Shown here: in pieces, positions 28,130 to 37,898 of the stretch
How the letters are laid out: each line of letters begins with the position of its first letter
How positions within the stretch are numbered: position 1 is the first letter of the stretch
NCBI GenBank assembly: GCA_050013475.1
Contig: JBEKFE010000009.1
Location: 60,383-124,382 of the forward strand
Origin: Bacteroidales bacterium
GTDB lineage: Bacteria; Bacteroidota; Bacteroidia; Bacteroidales; VadinHA17
Length of the DNA: 64,000 nucleotides
Reading direction: 5' to 3'
The notes under the pieces: generated by a model
Database searches by the model: none
The model's input: the letters and a program-made list of their open reading frames with translations, nothing else
Told to the model about the DNA's origin: nothing
Program-made: the position numbers and the translations under genes

Positions 28130-29392
28130 TCACTTTAGGGAGTTTATCTCCTTTAAAGTTTCAAACATTGAAGCAATGTTTTTTACAGGGACGTTGGCCT
28201 GAATGTTATGAACTGTATTGAAGACAAATCCTCCTCCCCTGCCGAATATCCTGCAGTTATTGGAAACCTGCTCTTTAACCTCTGCTGGTGATCCGAACGC
28301 TAGCACCCTCTGAGTATCCACGCCACCTCCCCAGAAGACTATCCTCTCCCCGTATTTTTCCTTTATCTCCTCCGGGACCATTCCTGCGGCACTTATCTGC
28401 ACGGGGTTAAGGATATCAAACCCACAGTTTATAAAACGTGAAATAAAGGGTTCGACAGCGCCACATGAATGTTTGAAGGTTTTCCAGCTGGTATTCTTAT
28501 GGATCCAGTCATTCACTTTTCTGTAATAGGGAGCATAAAGAGATTCAAATGTTTCAACGCTGCAGAAGGTGGATACCTGTGTGCCGAAATCGGTACCGCA
28601 GATAAAGACTACATCCACCACATCTCCTCCATTACTGTATATCCTCGAAAGGTTATGAATTGCAATGTCAGTTTGTTTATCAAAGATCCTGTGAAGATAG
28701 TCCTGCCTCATTACTGTTGACATATACCATTCGGTAACATCACGTATGCCTTTTGGATGTTTAAGGTTAAGTCCCGGCACGAGAGCTATATCGCCAATAG
28801 CTGTTCCGCCAAAAGACGCCATTATTGCCTTTTTGCTCCTTCTAAAAAACGTAAATTGCTTTGTCCAATAATCAAGATCCTCATTGGTAACAAGCGAGAA
28901 TTCCTCGAGGTTATCCTCAGCATTGAGTTTGCTTTCGTCTATTGGGCCCTGCCTTGAAAGTGCATCAAAAAAATAGCTTGCCGAGGGCATTTTTGCGCAA
29001 GCAGATACCGAAGGATCCCCTCCCGGGTAAATTAGAATAGATCCGTCCTCAGCAACTGCTGTATTGAAATCTTCAGGCACAAGTACTGTCTGACCCCAGA
29101 ATGTCCTGAACTCTTTCCATCCCTTGTCGTGTCGTATGCCGAACATGTCTGTTTTTGAAAAGATACCCCGAACTGTGCAACCTATCACATCGGCAAGATC
29201 CTCATCAACTTCCCCAAGCATCTGGTATGGTTCAATTACTTTAACCGGCTTTTTTTCAAGACCATAGTATTTCCTCAGCGCCTCGACTGCCTTAACATGT
29301 ATACCTGTGACACCAGTCGAGCCACAGTCCACAGGAATTATGCCAGTCTCTTTGTGATTTATAGCTGCAAGAGTGATTTCCTTGTCAGTCAT
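28130..29392 (-). CDS. Uroporphyrinogen decarboxylase (URO-D) family protein, possibly a methyltransferase-like member
   Basis: Overall URO-D/MtaA-like pattern (C-terminal FGTQ..., GGGFVFNTVHN). Start set at MTDKEI. Confidence 0.65.
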   Translation of the reverse strand: MTDKEITLAAINHKETGIIPVDCGSTGVTGIHVKAVEALRKYYGLEKKPVKVIEPYQMLGEVDEDLADVIGCTVRGIFSKTDMFGIRHDKGWKEFRTFWGQTVLVPEDFNTAVAEDGSILIYPGGDPSVSACAKMPSASYFFDALSRQGPIDESKLNAEDNLEEFSLVTNEDLDYWTKQFTFFRRSKKAIMASFGGTAIGDIALVPGLNLKHPKGIRDVTEWYMSTVMRQDYLHRIFDKQTDIAIHNLSRIYSNGGDVVDVVFICGTDFGTQVSTFCSVETFESLYAPYYRKVNDWIHKNTSWKTFKHSCGAVEPFISRFINCGFDILNPVQISAAGMVPEEIKEKYGERIVFWGGGVDTQRVLAFGSPAEVKEQVSNNCRIFGRGGGFVFNTVHNIQANVPVKNIASMFETLKEINSLK

Positions 29393-29477
29393 TATGATAA
29401 GAATTAATGCCCGTTTAAAGTTAATACTTTCTTTTCTGATTTCTTTTTTGCTATTTTGCGTCGCTAAAAACAGTGAT

Positions 29478-30125
29478 ATGGGAATCTCATTGGCAAAAAA
29501 ATCCATACTTTTTATTATCCTGATCCTTTTCCTTGACCAGCTGCTCAAGATCTGGATCAAGACCCATTTTGTAATGGGACAGGAGCTTCATGTTTTCGGA
29601 AGGTACGGAATGCTCCATTTCATTGAGAATAACGGAATGGCTTTTGGAATGGAGATGGGAGGAAAACCAGGAAAACTGATCCTGAGCCTCTTCAGGCTTC
29701 TGGCAATAATCGCAATTGGATACTATCTCAGGGGACTCGTCAGGAAGAATGCCAATACCGGACTCATTCTGGCAACCAGTGCAATTATGGCCGGAGCGAT
29801 TGGCAATATTATCGACAGTGCATTCTATGGGATGATCTTCAGCCAGAGTACTTACGATCAGGTTGCAGTTCTCTTTCCTACGGGAGGAGGTTATGCTACA
29901 TTCCTGCAGGGAAAGGTTGTTGATATGTTCTATTTCCCCGTTATAAATACGTATTGGCCAAGCTGGTCGCCTTTCAGACCAGGCGAATCATTCGTTTTCT
30001 TCCGGCCCGTATTTAACCTTTCTGATTCGGCAATAACATGCGGGGTATTGTCGATCCTTATCTTTCAAAAAAGAATGTTCCGGGAGACTGAGGTGAAAAA
30101 TGAGGAGATTAGAGCTAGTAACTGA
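29478..30125 (+). CDS. lspA: Lipoprotein signal peptidase (signal peptidase II)
   Basis: Motifs FIENNGMAFG, GAIGNIIDSAFYG and VVDMFYF. Start at the ATG at 29478. Confidence 0.85.
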   Translation: MGISLAKKSILFIILILFLDQLLKIWIKTHFVMGQELHVFGRYGMLHFIENNGMAFGMEMGGKPGKLILSLFRLLAIIAIGYYLRGLVRKNANTGLILATSAIMAGAIGNIIDSAFYGMIFSQSTYDQVAVLFPTGGGYATFLQGKVVDMFYFPVINTYWPSWSPFRPGESFVFFRPVFNLSDSAITCGVLSILIFQKRMFRETEVKNEEIRASN

Positions 30126-30144
30126 TCAGATTTTGCCGGGTACA

Positions 30145-30456
30145 TCAGGTCGCACAGCAACCCCTTACACAGTTTAGAAGAACTTTCAGGGTATCATGCT
30201 TAAGACAGTAATAAATGTTCTTCCCTTCCCTTTTTGAAATCAGCACGCCCTTGTCTCTGAGAATTCCCAGGTGATGTGAGGTAGCAGCCTGTTCGAGTCC
30301 AAGCTTTTTATGTATCTCTGATACTGTCAGTCGTTGTCCGTCTTCAAGACAGCCAATTATTGAGATCCTCACCGGATGGGCTATTGCCTTGAGCATTCCT
30401 GATGCTTTTTCAAGATTTTCCGGAGTCAGTTCAAGATTTTCCATTCCGCTTTTCAT
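30145..30456 (-). CDS. ArsR/SmtB-family metalloregulator
   Basis: LKAIAHPVRISIIGCL...LTVSEI...LEQAATSHHLGILRDKG, with a Cys-rich C-terminus (CVRGCC). Start at MKSGMENL. Confidence 0.8.
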   Translation of the reverse strand: MKSGMENLELTPENLEKASGMLKAIAHPVRISIIGCLEDGQRLTVSEIHKKLGLEQAATSHHLGILRDKGVLISKREGKNIYYCLKHDTLKVLLNCVRGCCAT

Positions 30457-30503
30457 ATTTACCCTGCAAATATATATAAATATGTTCATATATTGAATAT
30501 AAA

Positions 30504-30626
30504 CCTTTGTGCTACTTTGTGCCAACCTTAGAGGTCCTTCGTGGTAAAAAAATTTAAACACGAAGCCCGTCCGGCTGACATAGGTCGGACGGGGATCACA
30601 AAGTACTGCACAATGGTTCTCAAAGG
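30504..30626. repeat. 123-bp composite word-repeat element with two internal hairpins
   Basis: Left end CCTTTGTGCTACTTTGTGCC. Hairpins at 30537..30565 (cttcgtg/cacgaag) and 30566..30593 (cccgtccg/cggacggg). Right end ATCACAAAGTACTGCACAATGGTTCTCAAAGG. Confidence 0.7.
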
Positions 30627-30643
30627 ATTCTGATTGATTTTAC

Positions 30644-30651
30644 TATATTTG
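30644..30651 (+). promoter_or_regulatory. Candidate -7 promoter box (TATATTTG)
   Basis: Matches TAnnTTTG, 17 nt upstream of the polyprenyl synthetase start. Confidence 0.4.
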
Positions 30652-30667
30652 AAGCAAATTATCATTA

Positions 30668-31645
30668 ATGATGTCAGGACTAGCCCAGATAAAGAGACCG
30701 GTTGAAAAAGAGATGGCTGAATTTGAGGCTTATTTCTCCCGGACTTTAAAGAGCGAAGTTCCTCTCCTGAAAATTATTCTCAACTATATCTTCAGGCGCA
30801 AAGGAAAGCAGATGAGGCCTTTGCTTGTATTCCTGTCAGCACGGCTCAATGGAACGATCTCTGAAGCTACCTATGTTGCAGCCACCATGATCGAGCTGCT
30901 GCATACAGCATCTCTGGTTCACGATGATGTTGTGGATGATGCAAGCGAAAGAAGGGGCGCGTTGTCGATAAATGCACTCTGGAATTCAAAAATTGCCGTT
31001 CTGGTTGGCGATTATATGCTATCGCAGGGTTTGCTTGTAAGTGTTGAAAAAGGCAGGTACGATATGCTGGAAATTGTCTCAGAGGCGGTCAAATCGATGA
31101 GCCAGGGTGAACTCCTGCAGCTCCAGAAGGCAAGGAAGCGTGACATCTGCGAGGAGGATTATTTCAGTATCATCAGCTCAAAGACCGCAGCTCTGATAGC
31201 TGCCTGCACTGCCTGCGGTGCTGTTTCCGTAACAACCGACCAGGAAGTTGTGCAGCTCATGAAAGACCTTGGTGAAAACATAGGTATTGCCTTCCAGATC
31301 AGAGATGATCTTCTGGATTATGAAGGCAACGGGCTGACAGGTAAAGCAGCCGGAAATGACATTAAAGAAAGGAAGATCACCCTGCCCCTGATCAATGCAC
31401 TGGAACAATCGCCGCTGATAGAGAGAAAACATATTCTTTTCATTGTCAAAAAGAAGAAAAAGACCAAATCTGAAATCTCAGAAGTCATAAAGTTTGTTGC
31501 TGACAAAGGCGGTATGGAATATGCGGCGGTGAAGATGAACCAGTATCGCGACAAGGCGCTTGCAATACTTGATTCCTATCCCGATTCGGAAATAAAGGAA
31601 TCCCTCAGGGAATTTGTCTTTTACACCACCTCAAGAGATATTTAG
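30668..31645 (+). CDS. Polyprenyl diphosphate synthase (octaprenyl/IspB-like)
   Basis: Two Asp-rich motifs: LVHDDVVDD and FQIRDDLLD. Confidence 0.85.
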   Translation: MMSGLAQIKRPVEKEMAEFEAYFSRTLKSEVPLLKIILNYIFRRKGKQMRPLLVFLSARLNGTISEATYVAATMIELLHTASLVHDDVVDDASERRGALSINALWNSKIAVLVGDYMLSQGLLVSVEKGRYDMLEIVSEAVKSMSQGELLQLQKARKRDICEEDYFSIISSKTAALIAACTACGAVSVTTDQEVVQLMKDLGENIGIAFQIRDDLLDYEGNGLTGKAAGNDIKERKITLPLINALEQSPLIERKHILFIVKKKKKTKSEISEVIKFVADKGGMEYAAVKMNQYRDKALAILDSYPDSEIKESLREFVFYTTSRDI

Positions 31646-31649
31646 GACC

Positions 31650-33026
31650 TTATCTCAGGAAGAGCTTCATAATTTTTTCCTTATTCCCGTATGGAGGATA
31701 TTTTAGCGGAATGTCAATCCTGGGAGCGGTGCGCATAGTCGCTTTCAGGTTTGAAAACGCCCTTAAGCTTTCTTTCCCGTGATATTTCCCTATCCCGCTT
31801 GCACCCACGCCTCCGAAAGGAAGATGCTTGTTGGCGATATGAACTATCACGTCATTTATAAGACATGCCCCGGATGATGTTCCCATCATTACTTTTTTCT
31901 GTTTCTTCCTGCTGGTCGAGAAGAAGTAAAGTGCAAGAGGCTTCTCTTTTGAATTGAGGTATGTTATTACCTCGTCGATGCTTGTGTAGGAAATAACCGG
32001 CAATACCGGGCCGAATATCTCATCCTGCATACATCTGTCGTTCAGTGATGCCCCTATAATTGTCGGCTCTATTGCTAGTCTGGCTTTATCGTGCCGGCCT
32101 CCGGTTATGATTTGATCCTCACTAATATAGGAGAGAAGTCTGTCAAATGCATTTTCGGAAATGATCCTTGTCATTTCAGGATTTGTCAGTGGATCTTCCC
32201 CGAACATCTTTCTGATCTCAAGCTTCATATATTTTATCAGTTCATCTTTTACCTTCTGATGAACAAATACATAATCAGGTGAAATACATGTCTGTCCGGC
32301 ATTAAGGGTTTTACCCCAGATTATTCTTCTGGCTGCCACTCTCAGTACAGCATCCTCCTCAACTATTACCGGGCTTTTACCACCCAGCTCGAGGATCACA
32401 GGGGTAAGGTTTTTGGCCGCGGCAGCATATATTTTCTTTCCCACTTCCGTACTTCCCGTAAAGAATATCATATCCCATTTCATATTGACCACGACTTCTG
32501 CGCATTCCCTGCTGCAATCAATAACCGCGGCATGTTCCTCTGGGAGGCATTCGCCAACTATATTTTTTACAAGCTCATTCATTGCAGGCGACGATGTGGA
32601 TTGTCTTATTATTGCCACATTCCCTGCTGCTATTGCCCCGACAAGCGGCACCATCGGAAGCTGAAACGGGTAATTCCATGGTGAAATTATAAATACTCTT
32701 CCGTAAGGTTCCGGCATGACCCTGCTCAGTGAGGGGAATGCAAAAAGTGGTGTTGTCACGGCTTTACCCCATGCCCATCTCGACAGATTCCTTATCATTG
32801 AACGGATCTCATGGAGAACTATTCCCGTTTCTGTTCCATAAGCCTCAAATGAACATTTGTTCAGATCCTTGTTCAGGGCCAGGTATATATCTTTCTCATG
32901 CTTTCTGATAGCATCTCTCAGGCAGCATAATGCCTTTTTCCTGTACTTTAGATCGCGCGTTTTACCCGATAAAAAGAAGGATAACTGTTTGGCTCGCAAT
33001 TCCTCGATCTGGTTTATTGAATTCAT
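31650..33026 (-). CDS. Aldehyde dehydrogenase family protein (ALDH3-like)
   Basis: ELGGKSP, the catalytic Cys context GQTCISPDY, and PFGGVGASG. Confidence 0.85.
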   Translation of the reverse strand: MNSINQIEELRAKQLSFFLSGKTRDLKYRKKALCCLRDAIRKHEKDIYLALNKDLNKCSFEAYGTETGIVLHEIRSMIRNLSRWAWGKAVTTPLFAFPSLSRVMPEPYGRVFIISPWNYPFQLPMVPLVGAIAAGNVAIIRQSTSSPAMNELVKNIVGECLPEEHAAVIDCSRECAEVVVNMKWDMIFFTGSTEVGKKIYAAAAKNLTPVILELGGKSPVIVEEDAVLRVAARRIIWGKTLNAGQTCISPDYVFVHQKVKDELIKYMKLEIRKMFGEDPLTNPEMTRIISENAFDRLLSYISEDQIITGGRHDKARLAIEPTIIGASLNDRCMQDEIFGPVLPVISYTSIDEVITYLNSKEKPLALYFFSTSRKKQKKVMMGTSSGACLINDVIVHIANKHLPFGGVGASGIGKYHGKESLRAFSNLKATMRTAPRIDIPLKYPPYGNKEKIMKLFLR

Positions 33027-33040
33027 ATTTGGGTTTTCAT

Positions 33041-34327
33041 TTATTCCAAGATTTCCAGTTCAACTTTAGCTGTTCTTTCAAAGTCCCTGGTGTAATGGCG
33101 CGATCCACGCCAGAAAAGAAATGTTCCGATAAGAAGGACAAAAGGCAGGACCGACATCGCGGTCTGGATATTAGTAAGGTCGTACAATTTGCCCATCACC
33201 ATAGGCGCCGTGAACGCTCCCAGAAGGTTCTGAACTATAACAGCCACTGAATAGGAAATAGCCCTCAGGCCCGGATGGATCACATCCTGTGTCACTGCAG
33301 CGGCACCTGAAATGAATGTCATTATCAGAATGCCGAAAATCAGGAAAACAACATACTGAACCATGCCCTTGAATATGAAAAGGGCGGTAAAAAGGAAGAT
33401 TGCCGTAAGCAACGTTGAAATTGTCGGAAAAAGAAGCCTTGCATTCATTTGCTTCTTCCTCCACAGGTCTGTAAGATAACCACCGATCGGGGCTCCTACC
33501 AGGGCAAGGATCATTACCGAGCTCGACATTTTACCGGCTGCTTCGGCCGATAATGCCCTTGTCTTTTCAAAATAGGCAGGAAGCCACGAGATCATTGATG
33601 TGGTAACAAAAACAACTGCCGCGATTCCAAAAAAGGTGTATATGATGGATGGCTTTGTAAGAAATTCCTTTATTACATCAGCACGTTCCATCTTTACTTT
33701 TTTATTGGTATTGTCAACAAATGAAAGATCAACTGTTTTATAGTCTTTTACAAAAAGGAAGAGAATTGAAACCATCAGGCCTGGCACGGCAACCAGGCCA
33801 AATGCGTGTTTCCATCCAAGTCTTACTGCAATTATTCCTCCAAGCAGTACCCCTATTGCTGAACCCAGAGGTATTGATGCGTTCCAGATCCCTATCATTC
33901 TTGATCTTTTCTCTATAGGATACAAACCCGATATCATTGCCGTGCCGCCGGGAGCGTATCCTGCTTCCCCGACCCCTATCAGCATCCGTGCCAGTACCAA
34001 CTGTGTGAAATTTCCTGCAAGGGCACAAAGGGCAGTGGCAATACTCCACATTATTGCCATTATGCCTATTGTTTTGGTTCTGCTCCACCTGTCGACCATC
34101 AGTGAAACAGGGAAAGTAAGTATGAAAATTGCCAGATAGACTGCAGAAAGTAACATGCCGCTCTGCATATGAGTAATACCCCAGTCCTTTTCGATCGATG
34201 AGAACATTGATGTTACGATCGTCCTGTCGGTGTAATCGAACATATATAGCAGGAAAAGCAGCAAAAAAACATAATTGGAATATCCTTTTGAAAAAAGATA
34301 TCCCGGTTGATCCTCAGCTTTTTTCAT
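33041..34327 (-). CDS. MFS transporter
   Basis: 12 helices, with an MFS loop motif MVDRWSRTKT between TM2 and TM3. Confidence 0.8.
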   Translation of the reverse strand: MKKAEDQPGYLFSKGYSNYVFLLLFLLYMFDYTDRTIVTSMFSSIEKDWGITHMQSGMLLSAVYLAIFILTFPVSLMVDRWSRTKTIGIMAIMWSIATALCALAGNFTQLVLARMLIGVGEAGYAPGGTAMISGLYPIEKRSRMIGIWNASIPLGSAIGVLLGGIIAVRLGWKHAFGLVAVPGLMVSILFLFVKDYKTVDLSFVDNTNKKVKMERADVIKEFLTKPSIIYTFFGIAAVVFVTTSMISWLPAYFEKTRALSAEAAGKMSSSVMILALVGAPIGGYLTDLWRKKQMNARLLFPTISTLLTAIFLFTALFIFKGMVQYVVFLIFGILIMTFISGAAAVTQDVIHPGLRAISYSVAVIVQNLLGAFTAPMVMGKLYDLTNIQTAMSVLPFVLLIGTFLFWRGSRHYTRDFERTAKVELEILE

Positions 34328-34436
34328 AGGTCAGGTTAATGAGGTTTTACAAGTAAACAAAAAAAATCATCAGTTTTATAAAATATCTTATTTTTATGCT
34401 TTTATACTTATAAATAAACCTAACAACTCTTGAATT

Positions 34437-34886
34437 ATGGCATCATTAAAACAAATTGAAAACTTTTTGTCGTCAGGTCCGATTGCCATTGCTGGCGTTT
34501 CAAGAAATCCCAGGAAATTCGGCCAGATGGCATTCAGGGAACTGAAGGAGAAAGGCTTAAATGTAATCCCTGTAAATCCTTCAGCTGAAGAGATCATGGG
34601 AATAAAAGCGTACCCTGATATCAGATCCCTGCCTGTAAATGTAGGTGGCGTGATTATATTGACAAATAAGGAACAGACAGCCTCCGTTGTCAGGGATGCC
34701 AAGGAAAAAGGGATCAGGAATATCTGGATCCAGCAATCAGCAGATACACCTGAGGCAATTAAAGAACTTGAGGGCTCAGATATAAATTATGTTACAGGAG
34801 AATGCATCCTGATGCATTACAAGCCTCATAGCTTTCATAAGTTTCACAGGGCGCTCAATAAGCTGTTCGGCAGGTATCCGAAATAA
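34437..34886 (+). CDS. CoA-binding domain protein
   Basis: IAIAGVSRNPRKFG...GLNVIPVNP pattern. Confidence 0.7.
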   Translation: MASLKQIENFLSSGPIAIAGVSRNPRKFGQMAFRELKEKGLNVIPVNPSAEEIMGIKAYPDIRSLPVNVGGVIILTNKEQTASVVRDAKEKGIRNIWIQQSADTPEAIKELEGSDINYVTGECILMHYKPHSFHKFHRALNKLFGRYPK

Positions 34887-34900
34887 ATGCATATTTTGAA

Positions 34901-37321
34901 ATGAGACTCAGATGGTTCAGCATTGCCATTATTCTGGCTGGTATTTCAGTCCTGACCTCATGTAGAAAGAATACTTGCACCTCAGAATTAATCTGGTCCG
35001 ACAAACCTGCGGAATATTTTGAAGAGGCCTTCCCCCTGGGAAACGGCTTTTCCGGAATGATGGTCAGCGGTGGAGTGCCCTCTGAAGATATTCTTCTTAA
35101 TGAATCGACATTATGGACCGGCGGACCTGTGAATGCCCGCATGAATCCCGGGGCATGGAAGAATCTTGATGGCGTAAGAAAAGCTCTCTTCTCGGAGAAT
35201 TACAGGCTTGCTGAAAAGCTGATCAAAAATATGCAGGGGAAGTTCTCCGAGTCATATGCCCCTCTCGGAAATCTGAGAATTCTCTTCAGGCAGCAGGGAG
35301 CGCCTGTCAATTACCGGAGAACGCTCGACCTGAGAACAGGGATAGCAACCGTTGATTATTCAGCCGGCAATATCCGGTTCAGAAGGGAGTATTTTATTTC
35401 CAATCCAGCAAGGGTCGCTGTCATTAAGCTTACAGCAGAAAAAGCATCTTTCCTGAGCTTCAGGATCATATCATCAAGCCTTTTGCATCATACATTATCT
35501 GCAGGCGATAGTTCGCTGGTCATGGATGGAATTGTTCCGGTTCACGCAGAACCTAACTATATAGGCGATGTCGCAAACTCTGTGGTATATGATCCTGCGG
35601 GCGGCGGGATGAGATTCAGGATGATAGCTAGGATCGCCAGTACCGATGGAAAGATCATCACCGGGGACGATGGCGTCCAGGTTGCCGGGGCACGGGAAGC
35701 AGTGATATTGGTATCAATGGCGACCAGCTTCAACGGACCGGATAAGGACCCTGGAAGGGATGGAAAAGATGAAAAGAAGATCGCAGCTTCTTACATTGAA
35801 AATGCCATAAGGCTTTCATACGATGAGCTTAAGCAGGGTCACATTAAAGATTTTAGCAGCCTTTTCGACCGTGTCTCCCTCTCGCTGAACAGATCTTCAG
35901 CCCCGGATCTGCCTATCTATCAAAGGCTCATAAATTATAAAGACTCTGCGGCCGATTACAATCTTGAAGCATTCTATTTTCAGTTCGGAAGATATCTTCT
36001 TATCAGCTCCTCACGCCCTGGTGGCATTCCGGCAAACCTTCAGGGTATATGGAATCCACACTTGCGTCCACCATGGAGCAGCAACTATACGGACAATATC
36101 AATACTGAAATGAATTACTGGCCGGCCGAAGTTACCAATCTGCCTGAGACTCATAAGCCTTTGCTTGATTTCATAGGCGAGCTGCCACGGACAGGAGAGA
36201 TAACTGCAGCGACATTTTACAATTGCCGGGGATGGTGCTGCAGCCACAATACCGATCTCTGGGCAATGACCAATCCTGTCGGTAATTTCGGCAATGGAGA
36301 TCCTGTATGGGCAAACTGGTCGATGGCAGGTGCCTGGTACAGCCTCCACCTCTATGAACATTTTGCTTTCACCGGCGATACGGCCTGGCTTGAAAGCTAT
36401 GCATGGCCCCTTATGAAAGGAGCCGCCCGCTTCTGCCTCGACTGGCTTGTACCCGATAAAGAGGGATTTCTCGTCACTGCACCCTCCACTTCCCCTGAAA
36501 ACAAATACAAAATGCCGGATGGATTCACAGGTGCAACATTTTACGGAGGAACATCTGACCTGGTTCTGATAAGAGGGCTCTTCAACAAGATCCTTGCCGT
36601 TAATGACATACTGAAAAAAGATCCGGATTTTGCAGCTGAAGTCAAAACGGCGTTGTCGAAGCTGCATCCCTTCCAGGTGGGGAAAAAAGGGAACCTGCAG
36701 GAATGGTATTACGACTGGGATGACGCTGAACCGCAGCACCGGCATATGTCGCATCTTATCGGGTTATACCCCGATAACCAGATATCACCCCTTACAACAC
36801 CTCTCCTTGCCCGGGCAGTGAAACGGACCCTTGAGCTTCGTGGTGACGGAGGAACAGGCTGGAGTAAAGCCTGGAAGATCAGCATGTGGGCAAGGCTGCT
36901 CGACGGTAACCACGCCTACAGGATGCTCCGCTCGCATCTTAATTATGTAAGTCCGGCCCCTGATATGAAATACAGTGGCGGAGGAACATATCCGAATCTT
37001 TTTGATGCACATCCTCCGTTCCAGATTGACGGGAACTTCGGTGGTACTGCCGGTATTGCAGAAATGCTTCTTCAGAGCCAGCTGGGCGAGATCCACCTTC
37101 TTCCGGCATTACCCGACGCCTGGAAAGACGGATATATTAAAGGGCTGAGAGCCAGGGGAGGATATACCGTTGACCAGGAGTGGAGAGATGGCAAGCTGCT
37201 TTCGGCTGTTATTATGCCCGATTTCAATGGCGAGGCAAGGATAAGATACGGAATAAAAGTGATTACTATAAAAGTTTCGGCAGGAAAAGCTCTCCGGATC
37301 AAACCTGAAATGTTTTTATAG
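34901..37321 (+). CDS. Glycoside hydrolase family 95 (alpha-L-fucosidase-like), lipoprotein signal
   Basis: N-terminal W.DKPAE.FEEAFPLGNG..G.MV.GG...E...LNE.TLWTGGP block typical of GH95. About 800 aa. Confidence 0.8.
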   Translation: MRLRWFSIAIILAGISVLTSCRKNTCTSELIWSDKPAEYFEEAFPLGNGFSGMMVSGGVPSEDILLNESTLWTGGPVNARMNPGAWKNLDGVRKALFSENYRLAEKLIKNMQGKFSESYAPLGNLRILFRQQGAPVNYRRTLDLRTGIATVDYSAGNIRFRREYFISNPARVAVIKLTAEKASFLSFRIISSSLLHHTLSAGDSSLVMDGIVPVHAEPNYIGDVANSVVYDPAGGGMRFRMIARIASTDGKIITGDDGVQVAGAREAVILVSMATSFNGPDKDPGRDGKDEKKIAASYIENAIRLSYDELKQGHIKDFSSLFDRVSLSLNRSSAPDLPIYQRLINYKDSAADYNLEAFYFQFGRYLLISSSRPGGIPANLQGIWNPHLRPPWSSNYTDNINTEMNYWPAEVTNLPETHKPLLDFIGELPRTGEITAATFYNCRGWCCSHNTDLWAMTNPVGNFGNGDPVWANWSMAGAWYSLHLYEHFAFTGDTAWLESYAWPLMKGAARFCLDWLVPDKEGFLVTAPSTSPENKYKMPDGFTGATFYGGTSDLVLIRGLFNKILAVNDILKKDPDFAAEVKTALSKLHPFQVGKKGNLQEWYYDWDDAEPQHRHMSHLIGLYPDNQISPLTTPLLARAVKRTLELRGDGGTGWSKAWKISMWARLLDGNHAYRMLRSHLNYVSPAPDMKYSGGGTYPNLFDAHPPFQIDGNFGGTAGIAEMLLQSQLGEIHLLPALPDAWKDGYIKGLRARGGYTVDQEWRDGKLLSAVIMPDFNGEARIRYGIKVITIKVSAGKALRIKPEMFL

Positions 37322-37323
37322 AT

Positions 37324-37728
37324 ATGAATAAAAAAGAATACATTTTCAGCCTCGAGTTCCTGGTGAGGGATTATGAGTGCGACCTGCAGGGGATAGTAAA
37401 TAATGCCAATTACCATCATTACCTGGAGCACGCAAGGCATGAGTTCCTTGTCTCGCGGGGACTGAGTTTTTCTGCGCTTCATGAGGAGGGTACAGATCTT
37501 ATTGTCACAAGGGTTGAAATTGATTACAAATACCCGCTTCGCAGCCGTGACCGTTTTATTGTAGGTGTTAACATTAGAAGGGAAGGAAATGTAAGGCTTG
37601 TCTTTGAACAGGAGATCTTAAGACTTCCGGATGAAAAACTTATCGCGAGTGCTGAGGTCACGGGTATTTCAACAAAGAACGGAAGGCCCGTATCGCCTGA
37701 AGAGGTTATTAAGAGGATTGGATTATAG
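37324..37728 (+). CDS. Acyl-CoA thioesterase (4HBT/YbgC hot-dog fold)
   Basis: VRDYECDLQGIVNNANYHHYLEHAR N-terminal motif. Confidence 0.8.
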   Translation: MNKKEYIFSLEFLVRDYECDLQGIVNNANYHHYLEHARHEFLVSRGLSFSALHEEGTDLIVTRVEIDYKYPLRSRDRFIVGVNIRREGNVRLVFEQEILRLPDEKLIASAEVTGISTKNGRPVSPEEVIKRIGL

Positions 37729-37747
37729 GATATTTTAAATATGTATT

Positions 37748-37898
37748 TTAACCGCAGAGGACGCGGAGTTCCTGGGTTGACCAGGAAAACGCAGAGGTCG
37801 CAGAGCTAAATTATATAAAGCTTTTTTCTGCGCTCTCTGCGTAGAATCCCTGCCTGCGCTGCAGCTTCGGCAGACAGGTCTGCGTTCTCAGCGGTTAA
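37748..37898. repeat. 151-bp dimer of two word-repeat units in inverted orientation (TTAACCGCAGAGG ... CAGCGGTTAA)
   Basis: Unit A is 37748..37806, with a hairpin at 37769..37787. An AT-rich spacer follows. Unit B is 37828..37898, with hairpin arms at 37849..37857 and 37870..37878. Confidence 0.8.

Noticed and set aside
36011-36754. A 247-aa ORF antisense to the GH95 gene. Similar long antisense ORFs occur at 13023..13673, 8815..9384, 11739..12284, 19971..20372 and 37072..37482.
   Set aside because: Each lies entirely inside a well-supported gene on the other strand. They have low-complexity or odd composition (Cys/Arg/Ser-rich) and no recognisable motifs. This is the typical shadow-ORF artefact of codon bias.
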